A stretch of DNA of 64,000 nt from a virus. Taxonomy: Duplodnaviria > Caudoviricetes. The translations under genes and the position numbers were made by a program. The stretch lies in IMG/VR virus record IMGVR_UViG_3300029288_002061, positions 42,040-106,039 of that record, one strand, 5' to 3'. Each line of letters starts with the position of its first letter. Positions within the stretch are counted from its first letter, which is position 1. This document shows positions 19,720-28,409 of this stretch, in pieces. A model generated the notes under the pieces. The model saw only the letters and a list, made by a program, of their open reading frames with translations, did no database searches and was not told where the DNA came from.

Positions 19720-20391
19720 TTAGCTCTCCTTGTACATAATGGTTACTACGTCACCTACATCAATGATTCCGTCGATTCCAAGGCCGTTCCACATAACCGT
19801 TGGACCGGCGATATTTACTGCGTAATCCAAGCCATAAGTCATGCTGGGAGCGTTTCTTATGGACATAATATTATCCGTCTCTGTTATTGGGGCCGACGGA
19901 AGGGTAAACCATTTATTTGCCATATCTGTAGCGTCAATGGTCTTGACAAAGATCTTGTAAGACGTTCCACCGCCACCGCCACCATGAGCTTTCAGCCAGT
20001 CGACAGCGCCTTGGACATTTGTTGCCGGAATAGCCGAAACCGCATTGTCATACTCAACTTCCGAGGCGTCCTGCATATTCAGGGCGTCAAGGAATGCCCA
20101 CTGATGGACTCCGCCGACAAGTTGAACCCAGTACAGACCATTCCCCGACGGGGATCCCGCATTTTGGCGGACAATATAAATGGTTTTTGGTTCCAACGTT
20201 GCCGGATCGGGCAATTCCGCATAGGTATTTACAGCACCGGAAATACCAAAGATTGCGGCTGTTACCGCATCTGAGGTATCATCAAAAGCGTCCTTAATAC
20301 GGAATTGTAGTGTGTCAAACGCCTCAAAAAGAGCGGGCCGACGACCTTCTACCATCTCAAAAGGCTGTATCGTAAACCATGTCTGTGCCAT
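19720..20391 (-). CDS. Fibre/decoration protein, MAQTWF family
   Basis: Shared N-terminal domain; ATNVQGAVD motif. Confidence 0.65.
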   Translation of the reverse strand: MAQTWFTIQPFEMVEGRRPALFEAFDTLQFRIKDAFDDTSDAVTAAIFGISGAVNTYAELPDPATLEPKTIYIVRQNAGSPSGNGLYWVQLVGGVHQWAFLDALNMQDASEVEYDNAVSAIPATNVQGAVDWLKAHGGGGGGTSYKIFVKTIDATDMANKWFTLPSAPITETDNIMSIRNAPSMTYGLDYAVNIAGPTVMWNGLGIDGIIDVGDVVTIMYKES

Positions 20392-20427
20392 ACGTTCCTC
20401 CTGTTCTGATACAACCCATTATAGCTA

Positions 20428-20769
20428 TTAGACAGCCGTACCAGTAGCATCGACCCAACCAGCGGTAGCTCTCCAAATTGGCTTGCTCAGGGTTGTATCA
20501 AAGTAGCGATACCCAACGTTTGCTTTGGTATAAGTTGGCCGCTGTGCTGTAGTTCCGACATGGGCATCCATGACACTCATCACAAACGCGCCAGTTCCGG
20601 TATCAATAGTGTTGGCAAGAACCTGTTTTGCTGTGATTTCGTCATCAGCATCGTCAAAACCATCCTGAATACGTTGTTCCAGATTGTCAAAAGTGTTTGA
20701 CAAAGAGTTCTTTGTCTGTGAGTCCTGAATAGCTGTTTCTTATGCTACAAACCAATTCTGATTAGCCAT
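20428..20769 (-). CDS. MAQTWF-family protein interrupted by an in-frame TAA (20740-20742)
   Basis: AGGAG then ATG 20769: MANQNWFVA*ETAIQDSQ...; C-terminal GTTAQRP...YFDTTLSKPIW....WVDATG motif typical of fibre ends. Confidence 0.7.
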
Positions 20770-20807
20770 AGTATGCTCCTTGATTATCCATTGTTATTAC
20801 CGCTACT

Positions 20808-22163
20808 CTATGCAATAGGGCCAACTGCCGCAGCAATACGATCAAGGGCAGTTTTGACATCCACCGGTGCTGTACCACTCCAATCGGCGACAACAGCAGG
20901 GGAATAGCTGATATTATCCGACCCACGGAAAGTTATCGCAGTACCTGATAAGGCACCAGCAGAAATGAATTGAACACCCTCTACAGACGTAGGTTTGGCA
21001 CCACAAACCACATTGCCAACAGATATTACGCCTAGGAGCATGTTTGGATCGGTAGCAACGGCACCGTTAGCGGACACGTCAGCAGCATTGCCGCCGAGTG
21101 TGTTGATAAGCTGCACCGCTATCCCGATAACAGTACCGCCGGTAGACAAAATAGTCCCGGTAGGAGCAGCAGAGCTTACTATCATGGTATTCAGCACAAG
21201 ACGCCCGCCAGTCTGAACGATGGCATTAGCCGTGCCGGTGGATGCAATTGTCCCAAGGAACATTTGCAGCTTGCCGGTGCTTGTCATTGTAATCGCTTGT
21301 ACATCCGAAGCAGCGGGGATAACATGGGTATTCCAAGACTGCACGACAGCATCACCACCAACGGCAAGCCTCGACGCTATATAGCAGTCTGACATGGAGC
21401 ATGACGCATTGATAGTCAACGCCTTGGTATTACCGGAGAACACGATAAACCGGAGACTAACCGGATTTCCTACAGAAACCGTGACATCCCCTGTAATGGA
21501 GACAGCTGAGTTTCCTGAACCGTGCAAGGACACGCCTGAAGGAAGAACGATATCTTCAGTATAGGCACCGCTTGCAATATTGATGAGCGTTCCGATAGTA
21601 GCAACAGCTACGGCGGCATTGATTGTGGTGAATGGACGAAGGATAGTTCCATCAGCCGTATAGGTATCAACACGATTTGCATCTACCCAAAGAACCTTTG
21701 TGGCTGGCGGAACGATAACATCGGTCACTTTTATAGTAGATGTCAGGGCTTTCCGGCTTGCATCCCCGGCGAGGAGATAGTCAACCGTAAAATCTGCGTC
21801 TGCTGTCACAACAGGTGTAGGTATGGGAAGTTGTGACGACAGCCAAGTAGCACCAGCCCAGAATATCTCATCACCGGCACTGAATGTCTGCCCAGTGACA
21901 ACATCTTCGGCTTCCGCCGTAACCGAATACAGAAAGCCTACCGCAAGAGTACCGGCAGCGTGGATAGCCACAAAATCAGCGTCCCCGGTCACTGTTCCCT
22001 TATAGGTAAGAACACCAACCGCAGCCGCGTCCATAGCATCTGAAGTATCATCGAACGCCGACTCAATCTTGGTTTCAAGGGCATCGAAAGTAGCCACCAT
22101 TGAGCTTTTACCTTGTGTATCCGCAATTACTGTGGGTGTCTTAGCAAACCATGTCTGTGCCAT
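20808..22163 (-). CDS. Tailspike/fibre-like protein with a probable beta-helix region
   Basis: DGT..RPFTTINAA...INIASGAYTE motif; MAQTWF N-terminus. Confidence 0.7.
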   Translation of the reverse strand: MAQTWFAKTPTVIADTQGKSSMVATFDALETKIESAFDDTSDAMDAAAVGVLTYKGTVTGDADFVAIHAAGTLAVGFLYSVTAEAEDVVTGQTFSAGDEIFWAGATWLSSQLPIPTPVVTADADFTVDYLLAGDASRKALTSTIKVTDVIVPPATKVLWVDANRVDTYTADGTILRPFTTINAAVAVATIGTLINIASGAYTEDIVLPSGVSLHGSGNSAVSITGDVTVSVGNPVSLRFIVFSGNTKALTINASCSMSDCYIASRLAVGGDAVVQSWNTHVIPAASDVQAITMTSTGKLQMFLGTIASTGTANAIVQTGGRLVLNTMIVSSAAPTGTILSTGGTVIGIAVQLINTLGGNAADVSANGAVATDPNMLLGVISVGNVVCGAKPTSVEGVQFISAGALSGTAITFRGSDNISYSPAVVADWSGTAPVDVKTALDRIAAAVGPIA

Positions 22164-22175
22164 TTTCTTCCTCCT

Positions 22176-22193
22176 ACTGCATACGTCTGCAAT
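22176..22193. repeat. Palindrome copy 5 (intergenic, next to RBS)
   Basis: ACTGCATACGTCTGCAAT. Confidence 0.93.
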
Positions 22194-22194
22194 T

Positions 22195-23025
22195 TTAGTC
22201 CTGAGTTACCCGTCCTACCGGCTGCCACTGTTGAAGACCTCTTAGGTAATTCAACCGTCTTAGCACTCCTGACTCTTCACGGCAACGGAATCCTGCTTCA
22301 TCAAGAGCTTTTCTCAGCCGTTCTACTTGGATTGAGTTCAAAAGATCCTTTACATCCTTGGAAAGCGGCTTTCCTATGAGACCTTTCAGCGGGAGGCTTG
22401 AGATGAATCTACAATCGTTCCGCTTCGGGAATGAATACCCATTATCAATAGCGTAAACCCTTCCCTTATCATCCATTAGCCAATTTTTGGCGTGCCGGTC
22501 TACGTTACCTATAAGTATATCGAAAGCTACAAGCCGGTGCAACCACGGGTTGTATGCGGATTTTGTATAGTCGTATCCAAGGTTATGCCGCCAATAGCTA
22601 CCAGACTGTGCCTGTGTCCATGCCTGAAGGGATCCTGAGCCGTGTCCGGGTATCTCCCGCCATACCACCGGAGGGACAAGTCCGAAATTACAGCAAAGGT
22701 CGATATTGTACGCCAAGAGTTCCCGTCGGGCCGTCGGGATAGCCAAATCCATAGCTTCCCTGAAGTATTTCCCCTCTTTGTCATTGGCCTTCTGTGATTT
22801 GAAGACACACCGGCTGGAATGCACAGGCGGGAAGTCCATATCCGTATTAAGCCTTACCTGATATGGTGAACGGTCTTTTTCATTGTATTTCATGATCTGG
22901 GTAATAGGTGACAGCCGCATGGCAAGCTGGAAGCGGCCATGATCGTTTAAGGACAACAGGGGGGTAGCTTTTACACTACACCCCCTATTGAGTTCATTCC
23001 CTGTACTTAATTCTTGGTTAGTCAT
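22195..23025 (-). CDS. HipA / PI3-PI4-kinase-like protein kinase
   Basis: RELLAY...LVPP, GSLQAW, FDILIGNVDRHAKNWL and AIDNGYSF motifs. Confidence 0.85.
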   Translation of the reverse strand: MTNQELSTGNELNRGCSVKATPLLSLNDHGRFQLAMRLSPITQIMKYNEKDRSPYQVRLNTDMDFPPVHSSRCVFKSQKANDKEGKYFREAMDLAIPTARRELLAYNIDLCCNFGLVPPVVWREIPGHGSGSLQAWTQAQSGSYWRHNLGYDYTKSAYNPWLHRLVAFDILIGNVDRHAKNWLMDDKGRVYAIDNGYSFPKRNDCRFISSLPLKGLIGKPLSKDVKDLLNSIQVERLRKALDEAGFRCREESGVLRRLNYLRGLQQWQPVGRVTQD

Positions 23026-23473
23026 CCGTCTTTTCTTCTTCAGTCATGCCAAGATCAACGTCAAACGTGTGCGTATGGCCGTCGGCTTTTGTGAGAAGTC
23101 CCAGTTCCTTGACATCGTGGGTATGGCCGAACACTTCCTCTACCCAAGAATCACCTATTGCTTCATCATCTAGAATAACTACCCGCACTCTGTGAGCGTG
23201 AGCATCTTTTCCGTCCTGTGACGAGATAGACGAGAAAAGACGGGAATTCTGGGGCTGATCTAGCTTATAGTTCTTGTTATCAGCCCCGGCAGCATCCGTG
23301 CCGTAATCGGGATGAATCTGATCAATAGCTTCAGGGCCGCGTGCAAAATAGGCTAAACGGTCATAAACAGATACCAATTTCCACATATTATGCCCAAGGT
23401 CATTAAACGCTTTTTCCTGATCGTCAGGACTCATATCCCTCAGATTAACCACTTTGTAATCAAAATAGCCCAT
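23018..23473 (-). CDS. Hypothetical protein with HxH repeats
   Basis: YKVV...FNDLG...WKLV N-terminus; HAH, HTH, HTH repeats. Confidence 0.6.
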   Translation of the reverse strand: MGYFDYKVVNLRDMSPDDQEKAFNDLGHNMWKLVSVYDRLAYFARGPEAIDQIHPDYGTDAAGADNKNYKLDQPQNSRLFSSISSQDGKDAHAHRVRVVILDDEAIGDSWVEEVFGHTHDVKELGLLTKADGHTHTFDVDLGMTEEEKTDD

Positions 23474-23492
23474 TGTAACCTCCTAGCGGCTG

Positions 23493-23858
23493 TTACTTGG
23501 TAGCCTTTTGACTCCACGCACCAACCTGATTCGGGCTGAGACCGACCTGACCACCGGTACGGGCAACCTGATTCGACTCGGCAGGGCCATAGCTGACCTG
23601 ACCGCGAGCCATCTGGACAGCCGTGCTTTCCATGTTCTCATTGCCTTCACGGGCGAACGCACCTTCGTCCTTACCGTTGGCATCGGGAACACCCTGAGCA
23701 GCCGCGCCGGGGATGTTCGAGGAAACCCGACCTTCGCCCTTGGCTTCAACCATAGAACCCGGAAGAGCTTTGGAAAGGGTCATGTTACCGCTACGGGCGA
23801 CTCCACCCTTGGAGACCGTCGAACCCTTGCCGCTACGCGCAATACTAGCTTTACCCAT
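23493..23858 (-). CDS. Gly/Ser/Ala-rich small protein (putative internal head protein)
   Basis: AAGGAGG RBS; LSKA motif. Confidence 0.6.
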   Translation of the reverse strand: MGKASIARSGKGSTVSKGGVARSGNMTLSKALPGSMVEAKGEGRVSSNIPGAAAQGVPDANGKDEGAFAREGNENMESTAVQMARGQVSYGPAESNQVARTGGQVGLSPNQVGAWSQKATK

Positions 23859-23871
23859 GTTTGTTACCTCC

Positions 23872-24441
23872 TTAAATGATTCCATAGGATACATGATCTG
23901 TTTCGCCGGACGGCTGCGCCATATCCGGATACCTCATAATGATTGTGCTGTCTTTCAAAATGTATGGCAGCTTATTGCCATCCTTCATCACCACGTCTTC
24001 CGGGCCTTTACCGTCAAGCTCTACCGCTTCAAGACGATCTTCAAGTTCTTCCCTATCTCCCGATTTTACCAGACACTTACGAAAATAGGTCTTGGTTACT
24101 TTGCCCTTCGGGAACAGGTCGATCTTGGCACCTTTGACACCCATTGGCTTCCAGTTCAATAGCTGGACTGAATCACCGATCTTGATCTTATCCGGGCCAA
24201 CACCGGCGGGAGCTTCCCTGCCAGCTTTTCGGATAAGGATACCGCCGGTGGACTTGCTTATGATCTGTGCATTTTGGAGCACTGCTTCAGCAAGGCATTG
24301 GTGGGCGGTATCATCAAGCTGGATATTAAAATACCCATTATCAGTCAGCATACGCCTAATGGCATCAACGCCCGCTTTGCGGACTTCAGACTCCGTAAAA
24401 GCGGACTTATTCAGGACTGAAATCGGGTCAAAGTTAAGCAT
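23872..24441 (-). CDS. Hypothetical protein
   Basis: Operon position; several hydrophobic-x-K-S/A motifs. Confidence 0.6.
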   Translation of the reverse strand: MLNFDPISVLNKSAFTESEVRKAGVDAIRRMLTDNGYFNIQLDDTAHQCLAEAVLQNAQIISKSTGGILIRKAGREAPAGVGPDKIKIGDSVQLLNWKPMGVKGAKIDLFPKGKVTKTYFRKCLVKSGDREELEDRLEAVELDGKGPEDVVMKDGNKLPYILKDSTIIMRYPDMAQPSGETDHVSYGII

Positions 24442-24443
24442 AA

Positions 24444-25028
24444 TTAGGCCGGGAAAAAGGCGTTTACCAGATCGACAAGAGATTTCTCTGTGGTCGTTTC
24501 GCTGGTAGTGGTCGATTCTTCCGTAGTCGTTTCATCACCCTGAGCCGGAGCAAGGCTCCCGCCGGACGTGAAATCAGCCGCGCCCATAGCATCCTTTTCA
24601 AGACCAATGACGCCAAGGATACCCTTGGAGACATAAATCACCCGCTCGGAACCCGGAACGCAGTCGATACCCTTAAAGCAGTAGAACGCATCCGACTCTT
24701 CACAAGTGCTGGTCTGGATATTCTTTGCAATGAGCCACTGACTGCATACGTCTGCACTCTTGAAGATGCTCTTGGCAAACCAGACCTGTTGAAGGTGGAC
24801 TTCCCGCGATTTGGCAATCGTACCGGACGTTTCGAGGCACTGACCGGTATACTGGGAATCGTGGAATTCCTTGGCCTTGACCGCATTCAACTTATTGCCG
24901 CAATAGCAGCATTCCCGGCGTTCGCCTTGTGAACGGGGGAACCACTTCATCATCGTCTCACCGCAACACGGGGAGAATTCCTTGGAAACCGTGATCCCAA
25001 GGCGACCATCAAGCACTGAATCGTTCAT
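24444..25028 (-). CDS. Hypothetical Zn-ribbon protein
   Basis: CC...CCYC; AGGAGG RBS. Confidence 0.6.
   Translation of the reverse strand: MNDSVLDGRLGITVSKEFSPCCGETMMKWFPRSQGERRECCYCGNKLNAVKAKEFHDSQYTGQCLETSGTIAKSREVHLQQVWFAKSIFKSADVCSQWLIAKNIQTSTCEESDAFYCFKGIDCVPGSERVIYVSKGILGVIGLEKDAMGAADFTSGGSLAPAQGDETTTEESTTTSETTTEKSLVDLVNAFFPA
24741..24758. repeat. Palindrome copy 6 (in CDS)
   Basis: ACTGCATACGTCTGCACT. Confidence 0.93.
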
Positions 25029-25114
25029 TGTGTATCCTCCTGTTTACTTCCCTAACATTAGGAAAATAGGTAAGTTCATAAGCTTATTGTACTAACGGGT
25101 TTCCGACAAAACAA

Positions 25115-26956
25115 CTACGGCATAAGTCCATTTATCCCAAAATTCTTAGGAATTGCAATTCTTGAAGTTATGTCCTTGGGTATCAGGGCAGCGATATTGA
25201 CCTTTTTGGCATTCAACATGGCCTGTTTTTCCTCTTGGGATCTCAAATCCTCTAGGGTTATGCGGTGTGCATCTTCCCCGAAAAGATTCTCAAACTTCCA
25301 GTCAAGGCAGGCACACATAAGGGAGTCCGGGCCGTGGTCATCTATCTTGAGTGCTTTACCGGCGTCGTCTGACCGATATTTCTTCAACTGTCCAATAAGA
25401 ACACCCAGATTGCGGTTGATTTTCATCCGCCGGAAGATCATATATTTGGATATGTTGGAGATACCGATATTCTTGTAAGTACCGAAATCTACAGGATTTA
25501 CCTCAAACCCCGCTTTCCTGAGATCGGCATTGTTAAACGGGTGGGAGCGGTCACAATAGATCTTCAGTGGCTTCCGGTATTTCTCTGTCCACTCATTCAA
25601 GAGGATAACCACGTCCGATACAAGCTTATGATCCCAGAATACCGCCTCATGGACGAAAAGATGTTCTAACCGCCTTTCCACCAAGGTAATAGCAAGGGAG
25701 TTCTTGGATTGGATACCCCAGTCGATACCGACATGGAGTTCCCCGTCTTCTGACATCGGTACCAAATCAGCTAGAGCCTTGTCAACGACTTCCGGGCCGT
25801 AGATAGAATTACTGTAGTTTGGCCTTTCACACGAAAACTCGGTCGAGAATACGTTTGTTCCTATGTTCATTCGCATTGCAGCTACGATCTTGTCATATGA
25901 CTCCCAGCCTTGAGAAGTCCTAGCCTGACCGTGACACCACGCCCACCCGATTTGAACCTTTCTGCCACGGTCATCCGTCGTGAATTCTGGGATTGTCAAA
26001 TCACATTTCTCACAATAACACAATGCCTTTGGATCATCGGCGGTGGCCTCTTCAAGACCGCGCTTACAGGGAAGCATGGTATCGAATACGTTCCACTTAA
26101 CCCGCGTGAATCCTTTTTCTTCCGCCATGTCCCAGTATTCCTGAAACAGGCCCGACGGGAGGTGGAATGTCGAGAATAGCAGGATAATGGAATCTTCTTC
26201 GGAGAGAACCGTTTGGAGTGCGGCGCGGAAAGCGAGTTCTACGCGGGCGTCTTCCTGACACACTTCATCGATAGCCAGAGTAGACATATGCTTACCACGG
26301 ACTTGCTTTTCTGTTCCGGGCTTTACAAGGAGTTTCACCCCGTTTTTCAGTCTGGTTTCTTCTTTCAGAGGTTCGTCAGTCAGGATACCCTCGGCAAGTC
26401 CGGGGATACATTCCCAGAATTGGCAGACGTAGTTATACACGACTTTTGACTGTTCGCCGGAACCTGAAATGTCCAGAACAGACCGCTTATGGTAGATCAT
26501 AAGAAGCCAAATAAGGACGGACGCGCCAAGAGACCCACCGCCACCACGGGGCTTCCAGACAATCACCTTCTTTGAGCGGAGAAAGAACACGTCGCAGATA
26601 AACGGCTTGATCTTGTCAATCACCCGGAAATATCTTCGTTTTCCGTCCTTGGTTACGTAGATATTCGCCTCTAGGAACGACATTAAATCATTGTCCTGCC
26701 TTGTCTTGTACTCAAGGTCAGTCTCTTCTTGTTCTAATGGTTCCCGCGTCCAGCCATCGGGGAAATCCTCTCCGGGTGCAGACGTATGCAGTCCTTTTAT
26801 GTCATAAGTAGGTAATCCGGGCTTGAACCCCTTTGGGTATAGCAAATCAGGCATCCCGTAAGTTCCGGGATGCCCGACAGCTTCCTTCTCTCGTATTGCC
26901 TTGTCTATAAGCACCAAATCTCTTAAGAGTTCTTCTTCGGTCTTTTCAGCCGACAT
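25115..26956 (-). CDS. terL: Terminase large subunit
   Basis: Variant P-loop WKPRGGGGS, Walker B LAIDE, motif III FST, nuclease VGIDWG and DDHGPDSL. Confidence 0.88.
   Translation of the reverse strand: MSAEKTEEELLRDLVLIDKAIREKEAVGHPGTYGMPDLLYPKGFKPGLPTYDIKGLHTSAPGEDFPDGWTREPLEQEETDLEYKTRQDNDLMSFLEANIYVTKDGKRRYFRVIDKIKPFICDVFFLRSKKVIVWKPRGGGGSLGASVLIWLLMIYHKRSVLDISGSGEQSKVVYNYVCQFWECIPGLAEGILTDEPLKEETRLKNGVKLLVKPGTEKQVRGKHMSTLAIDEVCQEDARVELAFRAALQTVLSEEDSIILLFSTFHLPSGLFQEYWDMAEEKGFTRVKWNVFDTMLPCKRGLEEATADDPKALCYCEKCDLTIPEFTTDDRGRKVQIGWAWCHGQARTSQGWESYDKIVAAMRMNIGTNVFSTEFSCERPNYSNSIYGPEVVDKALADLVPMSEDGELHVGIDWGIQSKNSLAITLVERRLEHLFVHEAVFWDHKLVSDVVILLNEWTEKYRKPLKIYCDRSHPFNNADLRKAGFEVNPVDFGTYKNIGISNISKYMIFRRMKINRNLGVLIGQLKKYRSDDAGKALKIDDHGPDSLMCACLDWKFENLFGEDAHRITLEDLRSQEEKQAMLNAKKVNIAALIPKDITSRIAIPKNFGINGLMP
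26775..26792. repeat. Palindrome copy 7 (in terL, reverse orientation)
   Basis: GGTGCAGACGTATGCAGT. Confidence 0.9.
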
Positions 26957-26976
26957 CGCACATTTCCTTACCGTGT

Positions 26977-27693
26977 CTAGTATTCGCCTTGCGGGAGTGA
27001 AGAAACCTCTCCGGTATCTTTATAACGGAGGTTTCCTTGGAGCCTGCCTTCGTTTGATGCCGCCGACATCGTGTTTTTGCAGTTCTCACAGAGTCCGGGT
27101 TTATCAACCTCGGCACCGCATTCTGGACAGGTTGGCTTATCGAGAGCTGTACTCGATCCGGGGGCTTGTACCTGTGTAATCTGCCCGTTATCCCCGTGAT
27201 CCCACCACGTCCCGTCGGCGTGCTGCCAAGCCTTATAGATACCGCGCTCTGTTACCTTGGAGAAAAGGTCTTTCGTTACCGTTTCGTCGTCCGTAACAGA
27301 TTCCGCCGCTACTGTAAGAGCGGAGATAGCCGTCTTCAGTGCGCCGACACAGCCATCAAGGACGCCATAGATATCCTTTTCATTAGCCGTGTTGATCCAA
27401 TCCGACGCGGAATCTACCCTATCCATGACAGTATTGGATTGATCTGCCGACTTCTCAAGCTTCACGCCGGTAGCCAACTCAAGAGCCTTGATGACCTCAT
27501 TGAGATACCAACAGCTCTTACGGATGGATGAAATAGCTCCGTGGGGATCTTTCCTGCTTTTCATGACAATCGACTTATTCAGGTGTTCCATAGCCGACTT
27601 GCCGAGTTCGCGGATGTCGTCTTTCTTAACTACCTGCTTACTCAACGACTTACCGAAAATCCCGACGACTGACTTACTATCTTTTGTGAACAT
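26977..27693 (-). CDS. Putative head-packaged protein with WxxxDGxWW tag and Zn ribbon
   Basis: IYKAWQHADGTWW; CPECG...CENC; many xxKS motifs. Confidence 0.6.
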   Translation of the reverse strand: MFTKDSKSVVGIFGKSLSKQVVKKDDIRELGKSAMEHLNKSIVMKSRKDPHGAISSIRKSCWYLNEVIKALELATGVKLEKSADQSNTVMDRVDSASDWINTANEKDIYGVLDGCVGALKTAISALTVAAESVTDDETVTKDLFSKVTERGIYKAWQHADGTWWDHGDNGQITQVQAPGSSTALDKPTCPECGAEVDKPGLCENCKNTMSAASNEGRLQGNLRYKDTGEVSSLPQGEY

Positions 27694-27694
27694 A

Positions 27695-28090
27695 CTAGCC
27701 TCCAAAGAGTTTATTCATCTTGGCCGCAATAGCTTCTCCGGTAGATACCTTTTCTTCCGAGAGATACTGGTTTCCTTCGTCTTCATAGTCTTCCGCCCGC
27801 ATTTTCCTGACTTCCCCGTTTTGGACTGCGGCTTCCCGCTTATCCATAAGGTCGGAAAGCATATCACCGTACAGCCCAGAAAGGGCGTCGGACTGCTTTC
27901 TGACGCGGGTGGACACTCTGGCAACGGTGTTGGGGCTTTCCTTGTCTTCAACGGCGTCCGCAAAAGCTTTGGCAATAGCTCCAACAATATCTTCCGCGTC
28001 CGGATCAAGGGTCTTGGCGTGTGTAATGTCTTTCAAGAATACCTTCAATTCTACAATATCCCCACAGTGGGGGCATTTAAATTTTGCCAC
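27695..28090 (-). CDS. Zn-ribbon hypothetical protein
   Basis: Likely GTG start at 28090 (MAKFKCPHCG). Confidence 0.55.
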   Translation of the reverse strand: MAKFKCPHCGDIVELKVFLKDITHAKTLDPDAEDIVGAIAKAFADAVEDKESPNTVARVSTRVRKQSDALSGLYGDMLSDLMDKREAAVQNGEVRKMRAEDYEDEGNQYLSEEKVSTGEAIAAKMNKLFGG

Positions 28091-28409
28091 GGCGTACTTC
28101 CTTTGTAAATCTATCCAACGAATCCAACGCCTTTGATAACTCACTCGGCGTAGGTATTGTACCACGAGGCTGTTCAAATTCAGGCTCGTTATCCAACAAC
28201 ATATCCGACGGAGGTTCCGGTGCTTTTGGCATCCGTGGAACCTTTGGCGTAGCCGCTTTTGCCGGTGCCGGTGCAGGAGCGAAGTTGAACTGTGTCGCGT
28301 CCCTTACCGGATCCCGGCGAGGCTCATTCCCGCCGCCACCCCCGGAGAAGTTTTGGCGGGATTTCTTCTTGATATCACCTCTTACTGATAGCGGAACCAT
28401 TCCGTCCAT
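28077..28409 (-). CDS. Pro/Gly-rich hypothetical protein
   Basis: Start overlaps the upstream stop. Confidence 0.55.
   Translation of the reverse strand: MDGMVPLSVRGDIKKKSRQNFSGGGGGNEPRRDPVRDATQFNFAPAPAPAKAATPKVPRMPKAPEPPSDMLLDNEPEFEQPRGTIPTPSELSKALDSLDRFTKEVRRGKI

Noticed and set aside
19717-19722. A third readthrough joining 19720..20391 to the next gene (same frame, TAA GAG ATG)
   Set aside because: The downstream ATG has its own AAGGAG RBS and no motif spans the stop.
18253-20769. Genome-wide stop-codon reassignment
   Set aside because: TAA, TAG and TGA all end well-defined genes, and long ORFs are intact in the standard code. Only two local internal TAAs were found.
14893-22163. Diversity-generating retroelement acting on the fibre genes
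   Set aside because: No reverse transcriptase, and no template/variable repeat pair differing at adenines was seen.
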